Below, piece after piece: positions 15,401 to 27,400 of a DNA stretch of 49,327 nucleotides. The stretch is taken from the NCBI GenBank assembly GCA_030637025.1, contig DAOVVV010000020.1, forward strand, positions 1 through 49,327, in the 5' to 3' direction. The DNA is from Clostridia bacterium (GTDB taxonomy: Bacteria; CBDUZB01; JAGLHV01). The position numbers and the translations under genes were made by a program. How positions within the stretch are numbered: the first letter of the stretch is position 1; every line of letters begins with the position of its first letter. Below the pieces are notes generated by a model. That model did no database searches and was not told the origin of the DNA. It worked only from the letters and a program-made list of their open reading frames with translations.

Positions 15401-18400
15401 AAAAAAAGAAACTTGTTGAAGAAAAAACAGAAGAATTTGTTAAGATTCTTTACAAATCTCCTAAATGTTTTGAAATACTTTTAATTTTAGAAAAGGTTAT
15501 GCCTGTTTCCAAAGAAGAAGCAATAATAAAACTTAAAGAAAAAGGGGAAGCCATAAAAGAAGTATTTCTTGTAAATTCAGGAAAAGGGATCTCTTTCGAA
15601 GATGCTTTACCCGGAATAGAGAACGATTTATTTGATGCATTTATAAGAAATGATAACGGGGAGATTGTATTATTGGGAAAGGTAGGAAATAAAAGGAAAA
15701 AAGATGATAAGAGATTCATATCTGCCCTTGGCTATAATCTAAAATCGTTAATGGAAGCTACGTTAGAGATAACAGATGCGGTATTAAATCCACAGAATAT
15801 GATGAATATGTTTCTTGGGGAGAAGAAAGAAGGAGAAGGAAAAAGAGAATACGAATTTGATGTATCAGACATATCAAAAGACAGAAGTGACAAAATAATA
15901 GCAAAGATACCGAAAGAATTTTTAGCGCAGACAGGAACAAAAGAAGTACAAGTAAAAGGAACCACCAGAGAAGATTTGGTAAGTACCGAAAAAATGTGGG
16001 CGATGGCCGGATTAGCGAAACATCCTGATAAAAAGGATACATTAGTATTGTATATACATCAGGAATATTTAAAAGCGTTAGAAGCGTTAACCGATAAGAA
16101 GAAAGAAGAGATGTTTGCTGCACTTGCCAGGCATGAGGTCTGGGAGTATCAGTTGGTAAATATGTACGGTATACCGCAGGAAATAGCCCATCTGATAGTC
16201 ATATCTAACAAAGACATAAATGAATGGAATAAAGCCTTAAAACAAGCCGGTCTGGAAGAATACGAGGCAGATAAAGTTGAGCAAATCATTAAAAATATAA
16301 TACAAGCCAACGAAAACCTACAAGATTTAATAAAAGAAATAAAAGCAGATAAAAAGAATCAGCAGGAATTAGAAAAGATAACAAGAACTGTTCTTAAAAA
16401 TAGAACCGACGCAAATAAAAAAAGAAATGGAACAACTGACCGTCTTAAAAGGTTAGAGGGAATTTTGAGAAATGAAGCAAAAGAGCAACTCCCAAAGGAT
16501 AAAGAAGAACTTTTAAATATGATAAGTGATTTAAGAAGGGCACAGTATAATTATAATCTTCCTTTTGGAGTTAAAAGGATTATAAATATAAGTAAAAATA
16601 GAAAAATGTTGGTTCAAAAACTTGAAGATGGAGAATTGGATGATTTGCTCGATTATTTTAAAGAGAAAGAAAAAGCGTATAAAAAATTAATACTTAAAGA
16701 AAAACAAAAATTAGAAGTTTTTGTAAAGGCTTTGGAAGAAGGCAAAGAATATCTAACGCCAAATGAACTGGCTGATAAACTCGAACGAAGTGAAAAAAAT
16801 ATATCAGCAGCACTTTCTTTTCTTATTGATAAAGGGTGGATTAAAAGGGGGGGAAAACATAAATTTGATGCAAATCCCAGATATAAGCTATTACATTTAA
16901 ATGCGACAAAATTTTTTATTAATACAGATACTGAACTGGAAGAAATAAAATTAAAAATTAAGAAAAGAAAATATTATTGGGAAAATCTTACTGTTCATGA
17001 AAAAGCATTTTTGGTGTTTTTAAAGGAAATAACAGAATTGCAAGATAATAAAGAACTTAGTCCTAAATATATTGCTGAAAAGATTGATATGGAAGCAAGT
17101 AATTTACCAAATAAGATGAACCCATTTTTGGAAAAGCAGCTTATAGGACGCAAAAAACACGGCGTTTACTTTTTACCGGAAGAAATACAAGATTTAATAT
17201 TTGAATATGAAAAAGAAATAATTGAAAATTACAAAAAATTATCTAAGGAAGATAAAGGAAAATTTAAAAAAATAATTGTGAAAACAAAAAATAAATTGGT
17301 TAAAGCCAAAGGTTTTATTTCCTTATTGGACGGTAGAGTTGATAGAGAGATGCAAAAAATTATTCAACAGGGATTGATTTTAATGCCTAAAAACGGCAGT
17401 TATTTAATGCCAGCGTGTTTGCTTTCTTATATAGAAAAAGAAGAATTGATGCTCAATGGAGTGAACGGGGAGGATACGATATCTGATTTGCAAAGAGAAA
17501 TTGAGCTCGTAGTTTTAGATTTAGATGGTACTATAGCTGAAAATCACAAACCGCTTTCAAAAGCAGTAATTAATATTCTGGAGAACTTGCTTAAAAAAGG
17601 AAAGCATGTCGCTATTATTACGGAAGATCTTGACGATTATGAATTAGAAACCAGAGTTATTTCTTTGATCTCCAGTAAATTAAAACATCAACTGAGTATA
17701 TTTACCAGTGGAGGTGCGAAAGGTTTTGGTTTTGATAGTAATGGGAATAAATACTATTACGAGGAATATAATCGTTATGGATTGATAGATGATAAGTTTC
17801 GTCAGAAGATACTTGATTTATTGGATAATAATTTTTCCGGTCAATACCAAGTTGACAAAAAATCTAAATATGTAAGTCCGGATTGCCGGATAGATCTGTC
17901 TAATATTTCTGATAGAGATGAAAAAATTAGAAAGATAGAAGCACTTCTTTCTGCGGCAAATATATCTGCCAAAGTATATAAAGTAGGCAAAAATTCTATG
18001 AAGATTATTTTACAACATAAAGATGATGCCGCCAGGTATATTTTAGAAAAAAAACGCATTGATGAATCTAAAGTGTTAATTATTGGAGATCGTGCTCTTA
18101 GAAATCTGGTGGATAGAAAACTTCTCAGTTCTTTTCCTCGTGCGGTAAGCATAAATGTCGGTAGCTATTCTAATACCATCCATAAATTTAATCCCAATAT
18201 AATTCAATTAACAGATGAAAAGATAAGTGGAACAAAAAGAGTTTTATCAGGATTGGCCGAAAAAGGATATGTGGATTTAACAGGGGTAAATTCTATTAAA
18301 ACTGTAAATTTAAAGAATAGGCATAAAGGAGAAAAAGGCATTAATAATCTGAAAGGGGTAACAATTTTTAGTGCAGCGATATTTGCATATGTTATATTCG

Positions 18401-21400
18401 GTTCGTTTGTAGGATTAATTGGCACAGCTGCTGCGGAGCAGGGAGTTGTCAGTACTGCCGCTGTTTCTGGATTGTCACTTTATGGAATGGGATTACCGGT
18501 AATTTTTATGGGATTGGCGGGTGCTGGGTTGGGTTTAATAGTAGTGCCTGAAATATTCAAAATAGGGGAAATACTAAAAAAGTATCGAAACAAAGATATG
18601 AAGGAAGAAGAAATTGAAGGCAGAAGGCCGTTTAGTAAAGAAACAATAGTTTCTAAGGAACTTAAAACAATAAGCAAAGAAGGAATTAAATGGGCTAGTA
18701 TAGAAAATTTATGCCAGCATTTTGTGGAACATTTAGGAGATTGGAGAAATAATGAGTTAGTTATCGATCTTTCTCATCATTTAGTGATAGAAGCAATAAG
18801 AAAATATGAATCAATAGCAAATAAGTTTTTTATATCTAAGGAAACGGAATATTATCGTGCCAAAGAGGGGAGATATTTAGCCATCAATCCACTGCTAAAT
18901 GCAGCAATGATTTTTGTTGATAACGGTAATAGTTGTTACGAAATAATAACTATTTATCCTATTAATTTTGAAAAGGATGCTGTAAGAATTAAGAAGAAGT
19001 CTTTAAAATGTGAAGATGCATTTAAAAATAATTTTTTATCAAATAAAGTATCTTTTGTAAAAATAACGAATAATCTCAAATATCCTGATTATATTAACCG
19101 GGTTGTGTTTAATTTATTAATTAGAAAATCTTGGGAATTATTTTTGAAAGTAGAAAAAAATCATCAATTAAGGAAAACTAATAAAAAAGCCAAAAAACTT
19201 GAAGAGCGATTTAATTTGTATAAAAAATTTACTAAAGATTTTGTGCGATTAGTACGGTCGGAAGATGTACTGAATGTTCTTGAATCTAAAGGGTTTTTTT
19301 TAGTGGAAAATGACTATCCTATAATTTGGGGCAGTCATTTTATACAGTTAAAAACAGAGGGAAGAAATAAATATGTATTGTTTTTAGAAAAAATTCTACG
19401 CAAAAGGGGACTTATAGCTCATGCAGAAAGTCTTAGATTGTTGCGAAAATCCGGAGAAAAAAAGGCAAAATCCGATGTTATAAATGATAAGCAAGCAGAA
19501 GTTACCATTGATAGTTTAGTTTTTGGAGTGGCTGGAATTATGTTAGCAATAGGTTTATTTGTTTTGAAAATGATGGGGATAGATACAGGAATAACAGGTG
19601 TGGAAGAGATATTTGCGGTAGCGGCGGTGCCTTTTGGGATATTAGCGGTAGGGATGATAGTAAATGAAAAGTCTTATACGAATTTAGAAAGAGTGATAGA
19701 TGTTGATTCTTTAGAGGGTCCTGTTTATAAAGGGGCTTATCTTAAAAAAGAGGATATTTTTAATGGAACAAAGACAGTTTATTATTTTTATAAAGGTCGT
19801 GAAGGGAGAAATGAAGGGATAAAACCAGAGGTTATCTTCTGGATGAGTAAAAGCGATAATTCTTTAAATATTGTAAATATTGAAAAGGAAAAAGTAATGT
19901 GGGGATTTAGTAAAAAATTCATCAAGGATATGTTTGTTATATATCCGGATATTGAAATTATTAGATGGGGCCCTATTATTTCATGTAATGGGTTTGTGTC
20001 TGCTTTGAGTTTGGGATTGTTTGATTATGAAGATTTAGATGGATTTAAAGGAGATGTACTTTCTTTTCTAATCTTGGAGACAAAAATAAAGGATAAAGAC
20101 ATTTATATAAAAGATTTTCTTGATAGTCATAATAAAGTGCGATTGGATCTGGCAGTAGTGGATGAAGTTTTTAAATCAAAGAATGTAAATAAAATTAATG
20201 CAGTTATAATGAAATACAGAGAAAAACTTGAAAAGAATAAAAAGAAAGAAACTATAGGAGAGATTTATCCTGAGGGTTCTGTATATGCTCCAAGATTTAA
20301 GTTTTCGGATTATGAGAAAGGTCCAGATGCTGATAAATTTGAAGACACTAAAGATAAAGGGCTAACAAAAGTTATCGAAATTTTACAGAATTGGAATCCG
20401 AATGTTAAAATTGATGGGGTAGAGATAAAAAAGATTGAAGGGATCCATAAAGAGATAGAATTATTTAAAACAATTTTAGAAGAAGATCCGGAATATGAAG
20501 TGTGGGCGGCTTTTGAAAACAATGTTGTTATAGGTTTTATTATAGCAAATATCAAAAAAGGCGAAATTTTTCATATCCGTGTTAATTATAAAAATAAAGG
20601 AATAGACCGGGCACTGCTTCGAAAAATTTTATTGAAATTTGCAAAGCAGGGTATAAAAAATGTAACAAGTACACCGATGCTTGATGATTCATTAAAAGAT
20701 TGGCATCATTTATTGAAAACAGAAGAATTTATTAAAAAAGAAGGAGAGCACTATAAAATCAATTTTGAGCTTACTCTAGAGAATGTGGCTATTATTTCCG
20801 GTTATGCGAAAGCAGACACAGAAAAAAAATCTTCTTTATCCGAATCTGAAGGCGCTAATGTGAATACATTGGGATATTTAAGTATGGTAGGTGTTGCAGG
20901 TTTGGCTTTTATTATAACTTTGTTTGTACTGCAAATGATGGGTATAGAAATCGGGATAACAGGCATGGAAGGGATATTTGCGGCAGCAGCGGTGCCTTTT
21001 GTTATCCTGGCAGTGGGAATGGCAACAAGAAAATCTGTAAATAAAAGCAAAACAATGTCAGAGGTTCTTAAAGATATTGAACTGCCGTATAGGGCTTTGA
21101 CTGCTCAAGAAAAAGAAATGGTAGTAGAGGAGATTCGACAGTGGTTAGAAGAAATAAACATGAAAGAAATACTTAATGAATATGGTGCTAAAGATTATTT
21201 TTTTGGTCTAATTGGTAGTATGTCAAATAATGAAATATCTATTATTAATACTTTGGATGTGGGCAAAAGTTCAGATGTAGATATAAAATTGATAGTAAAA
21301 GTGCCTCAAGGAAAGAAAATAAGCATTTATGAATATCTGGCGAACAAATTAGGGGCAGATTTTCATTATTTTGATGGTAGTAGCAATAAACCTGTGGAAG

Positions 21401-24400
21401 GATGGTATCTTCAATTTTACAAGGATGAAAATAAATCGGAAGAAGCAAAAAATTTGGAGAATCGTTTGCATAAATTTAAACTTGAATTAGGGGAATTATG
21501 GATAACGGGAATAGAATTTGGTGATAAGATCTCTGAGAGGTGGACTGCATTAAATATTTATGATTTAGAGGAAGATATGGTTTTAGTTGCAGGTTCGGAG
21601 AAAACGATAGAAGAAAGTAAACAGAGTTTTATAAATTATTTTCTTAAATTTGGGAATACAGAGAATTTCAATAAATGGAGGGAGCATTTTAAGAAACTAA
21701 GGGAAGATTCTATTAGAAAACACCTGGAGTCACTGAAAGCATATCGACCTTATAATGAAAGAGTAGTTATAGAGCAATTAATTGTTAAAATTAGAGCTTT
21801 TAGTTTTTTAGATTATTTTTTAAAAAATATGGGAGTCGAGATTGTCAATGAAGAAATAAGAACTAAATTAAGAGAAATAGAAAAGCAATTAGGAGAAAAA
21901 AAATTTGGAAGTAAATGCCCCGAAGAAATAGTAATTTATATTTTACAAACTTATTATAAAGAAAAAAATATTGATGAAATATTAAGAATGATTATAAAAA
22001 AGGAAAAAGAATTTGGTGAGAGGGAAGAAGAAATAAAGGGGCTGTTTTTAAAAAATAATTTGGAAGAATTGACTAAAAAATATCGGAAATTATCAGGGAC
22101 ATTTAAAAGACCTCAAGAAGAGATAGAAGGGAAAATAAATAACAATATTTTTGGTATAGAAGCGGCAGAAATTTCTATCTCTAACTTTTTGGTTGCATAT
22201 AATGAAATAATAGAAACGAATCTGGATGTTAAAAAAGGGAGAGTTTTTAATTCCGAATTTTTATCGGATAAAAAAATAATGGAAGCCACGGCTTATGTTT
22301 TTGATTTAGGAGGAACATTGGCTTTTGAGAAAGAGGATGTTCCTTCCGATAAGTTAATAGAGTTATTAGCGGAATTATTAAACCAAGGGAAGAATGTAGC
22401 CATTATTACCTCGAAGCGAGAGATAGTGTTTAAAGAATGGATAGAAAATAAACTATTGCCGCTTGTGACTAAAGATAAAAGATCTTTATTTAGGGTGTAT
22501 GGTGATAGATTGACAAAGACATATCAGGCCGGTGAAGATGGAAAATTGGAAGTTATTTCAACTATACCCTTTCCTTATCCTGATAATATGAATAGAATAG
22601 CAAGTGAAGCACGAGAAGTTGTTAAAAAGATGGAGGGTGGTTATTCAATTGAGGTAAAGAAAAAAGATACATATATAGAGGTATCTGCCAATAGTGAGTT
22701 GCCAGATCATATAAGAAAAGAACTTGACCAAAAACTTGTCTCGGCTCTCAAAAAAGCCGATTTGTTGCTTCCTGAAATAATGATTGATTCGAGAAGTAAA
22801 AAGGGATTCTATATCCTAAGCAAAAGAGCTATTAAAGGAGAGTTGATAAAAAAATATTTGACCGAATTCAATGTGGATTCTGATAAAACATTTTATATTG
22901 AAGATGAGGTTGACTTGTCAGTTGCGGAAACAGGTGTGAATTATCTTAATGTTGGCATTGTAGAAAAGAATATTCCTGATAATGTTTATAATCTCCAGGG
23001 AGGGCCGAAATCGGTAGAAGTTTTTTTAAATATAATTATAGAGCAATTGAAACGTACTGGAGAAAAGAAGACAGACAAAAAGGCGAAATCCGGTATTATA
23101 AACAATAAGCAATTGCAAACAGAAGTAATAGAAATTTTACAGAATTGGAAGCCGAATATTAAAATTGATGGGGTAGAGATAAAAAAGATTGAAGGACATA
23201 ATATAGAAGAAAAAGAATTGCTTGAAATATTTATAGGGGAAGATAAAGGATCTGAAATGTGGGGAGCTTTTAAAGATGATATGATTTTGGGTTTTATTAC
23301 CGTGAATATTAAAGAAGGTAAAATTTTTTATATTCGCACGGAAGAAAATTATCGAGATAAAGGAATAGCCCGGGCACTGCTTCGTGAGATTTTATTGGAA
23401 TTTGCAAAGAAAGGCATAAAAAAGGTAACAAGTACATCAATACTTGATGATTCATTTCAGGATTGGTATCATTTATTGAAAACAGACGAATTTATTAAAA
23501 AAGAATGGGAATTTTATAAAGTCGATTTTGAGCTTACTCCAGAGAATGCGGCTATTATTTCCGGTTTGGTGAAACCAGACACAGAAAAAAAATATTCTCT
23601 ATCGGAATCTGAAGGCGCTAATGTGAATACATTACAACATTTAAGGATGGTAGGTGTTGCAGGTTTGGCTTTTATTATAACTTTGTTTGTATTGCAAATT
23701 ATGGGTATAGAAACCGGAATAACAGGTGTGGAAGGGATATTTGCAGGGATGATACCTTTTGTTATAATACCTGTGGGTATGATGGTTAATAGAAATGAAC
23801 AACAAAAAGAAAAAAACCTGTCCGAAATGCCTCGAAAAAGCAAATCAGATTTGGGCAAAGCCATAGAAGATATGCATAAGCGAAATTTTTTGGATATGAA
23901 GTTGGTTAAAAAAATAAAAAAGAATCCTAACCAAATGGTTTCTTTTATGGAACTAAAAATTCCTGCTGTCGTTGCTTTTGTCTTGCCGAATATTATCGGT
24001 GCAAATAGAAAATACGATGTAGGAATCTTGCTGTCGAATAATGAATGGGCAAGAGAATTATTTTGCGGTAACGAAGCGATAGAGGCTGCAAAAATGGATT
24101 TGAAACGATCGATTAGAACTATAAAAAAGGCGAAAGGGAATGTGGTGAAGATGCGTGGGCTATCGCATTTGGGCAATTATATCCAGAAAAAGGAAGCAGA
24201 AGAAATTTCTAAAGTAATTAAATTGCCTGGAAAAGGTAACATAATTGTCGAACTTGGTGCAGCTCAAGGGTGGCTAAGTTATCAGTTTAGTAGAAGGCAT
24301 AAGAATAACACATACATTGCAATCGAAAAAGATGAAGAAACTGTGAGCTTGACAAATGATATGAGGAAACAAAATAACATTGATTACAGGCTGGGTGATG

Positions 24401-27400
24401 CGACAAACTTAGAATTTAATGATAAGAGTATAGATATATTAATGGATAAACAGTTAATAGATAGGGGGTTATTGAATAGGAGCGGCATATTTAGTTTTAC
24501 AGTATTCAATCATTTACAAGAAGCCTCAAGGATACTTAAAAAAGATGGCCTGTATTATAAAATTGTTGATCCTGAAGACGGTGAATTATTTAAAAAATGT
24601 ATGCCGGCATTTGGATTTGAATTGTTAGAGGAAAAAAAAGTAAAGGGTATATTAATTACAGAATCTCAGAAGCAAGAAGGGCCCAATGCTTATTTTAGTG
24701 TCCTTAAAATGAAAAAAGTAAGTACACCTTATATAATAACTTTTGCTAAAAACACATTATTTGCTATTGCGGTTACCGGGGGTAAGGGCAATGCGTGTGA
24801 ACAAAAGGGAAAAGAATTAACTATTGCAGAGGTTCCGTTAGAAAAAGTACCATATGTATATATAAAAACCATTGAAAATTCTTTAAATATAGTAAAGAAT
24901 ATAATTATTAGTGAATATAAAAAAAAGGGAGAATTTAAAGAGATAATGCCGGCGTTTTCTAAATATGGCATAGATTGGAAAGAACTAAAAGACGAATTGG
25001 ATTCTGTATCAAAGTCCGGTTCTATTATTAGCAAAATTTTTAAGAAAAAAGATAAAAAGAATCAAAATGAAATTGTATGGAAATACTTAGCTCCGATAGC
25101 TGTGTATTTATTTAAGGAAGCTTTTGACGAAGACGATATAAATAATCTGCCTGAAGAAGCTTTACAATATATATATGATCAATTTAATGAGAAAACAATA
25201 AGAACGATGGATAAAAAATCCGATGTCCGCCACTCTTCTTTTGATGAAGTAAAAAAAGGAAAAATTTTTGCTCAAGGCCGTAAATTTGTTATTAGTAAAA
25301 TTTCTGAATTGCTGAAAAAAGGAAAATATTTCCCAAAAGATAAAATTTCCTCTAAAGACCAAATTTTGCTTGCAAATGTAATTGATGAATTGGTTAAAGA
25401 AGGATTGGTAGAGGCAAACACCAAAGAAGTTATACGCTTTTATGATACTCCCGGATTTATTGGGGATAATGAAAAAGAGGGCATAGGCCTTGGTTTGGAA
25501 ATTTTCAAATTGGAGAATAAAAGAGAAAAAGAAGCTGTGCTTAAAGCCACTGTTTTTGAAGAAATACTTCATGACAGCTATAAAATCGAAGAATTATCAG
25601 CTATAGAGAATAATCTGGCTGAAGAGATTATTGTTGCCGGTATTCTTATTAAACAATTCATTGAAGATGAAAACAAGGATGTCGGAGAGAGGATACTTGA
25701 CCTGAAAGGTTATCTTGATGGCCTGGATAAATTAGGCAAGGATAAAAATCGAATAGAAGCATTTAAAAAATTAACAGAAAAAATAAAAGAAATCCCGGAT
25801 GAGAAAGAACGATTTTCTCTTATCCTGGATTTTTTAATTAAATGGGATAAAAATTTTACGCAATTGCGAAATATAAACCACAGTGACAAAAATAAAATTA
25901 TTGTCATTGTGGGTAATAATGTATATGTAAAGAGACTTTCTTTAAAGCAAAAACTGGGCGAAATGATAGAAATTTACACAGAAATCTCTCATTCTACCGG
26001 TTTTAAAGAAAAAGGAAATTTTGTTCCAACGGATAGTTCAATAATAGTTCATTTATTATCCGAATTAGGAAAGATGGGATTTAAGTTTAAACCGGGTGCT
26101 AAATTCGTAGATTTGGGTTCCGGTGATGGAAGAGTATTATTTACAGCTTGTTTGTTTGGTTTTGATGCAACCGGTATTGAATATGATTCGGAATTGGTTG
26201 AGATTAATAAAAAAATTGAAAAAATACTTATCGAGCGGAAAATTATTTCACCTTTGAACAAACCAAGAATTATTCAGGGAGATTTATTAAATGAGAATTT
26301 ATCCGATTATGATGTATTATATTATTTTGCGGGAGGAACCGAGGACGTTCAATCGCTTAAAAACAAACTTATTGATGAAGTAAAACCAGGGGCAATGATT
26401 ATAACATTTGTGGAATCTGAAAGAGAAAATCTGTCTCCCCATTTTAAATTAATTGCTTCTTTTGCACCTATGATTAAGGTGTATATCAGACCCGAGGCCA
26501 GGAGTAAAAACGGAATAACAGGCAAGGAAGGGATATTTGCGGCAGCGGCGGTGCTTTTTGCCATGTTCCCGGCAGGGATGATGGTAAATCAAAAGTCTGA
26601 TGAAGAAAGAAAAAATGGTAATTTAGCTAAAAAAGATATTGGTCCTTTCAATGCGTTGGAAGTTTTACAAGAAAAGGCAGAGGATATGGATGGGTCGTTT
26701 TATAAAAATAAAAAGGGAATGTGGAATAATTTAATTTTAATATCTATGGTGGCACTCATTGGTTGTATATTTCTAATAGGTGCTTATTTTTTTGAAATAA
26801 TGCATATAATATTTATCTCGCTTTTTGTGTTTTTTATATTAAAGAGTAAATGGCAAGCAAGAAAAAAAATTTCTATTTTAAGATATTTGAATATTAAGGC
26901 TAACGGCAAGTTAGTTCCTGCGGGTAATTTAAAAGTTATATCATTGAAAGGAAATAAGGTTTACAAAATAATTAAATCTCAAACACTGATAGTATCTCTT
27001 AATAAGGATGAAATCGTTTCTGTTCCGGAGCTATATGATTGTACAGGTATAGCAATAGCGGGTAGAAAAGGAGGAAAAATTGTTAACATCGCTGCACATA
27101 TTAGGCCTGGATATGTTGAATACGTATGGCCTAATATTATTGAAAGTATACGCAATATCGGCCTATCTGATTTGAAATTAGCTTTGGTGGGGGAACAGAA
27201 TGATATTCGAAAAATAGAGCAAAGTTTACCGCAAAATACCAAAATAGTATTAAAGCATATAAGAAAAAATAATGATATTAAAAGTCCGGTTACTTTAATA
27301 ATCAAAAAAAATCGTATTGAAATTTTAAATGAAATTAATATTGTTATTGACAAAACAAAATTTTATTCAAGAAACATAAAAGAGTTAATCGGAAATTATG

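Noticed and set aside
20365..23790. Diversity-generating retroelement TR/VR pair among the near-duplicate segments
   Set aside because: Both copies are coding, differences are not evidently confined to adenines, and no reverse transcriptase is in the window.
72..27353. Numerous minus-strand ORFs within the giant gene and other long genes
   Set aside because: Antisense shadows of A-rich coding sequence, rich in S/F/I/L, with no recognisable motifs.
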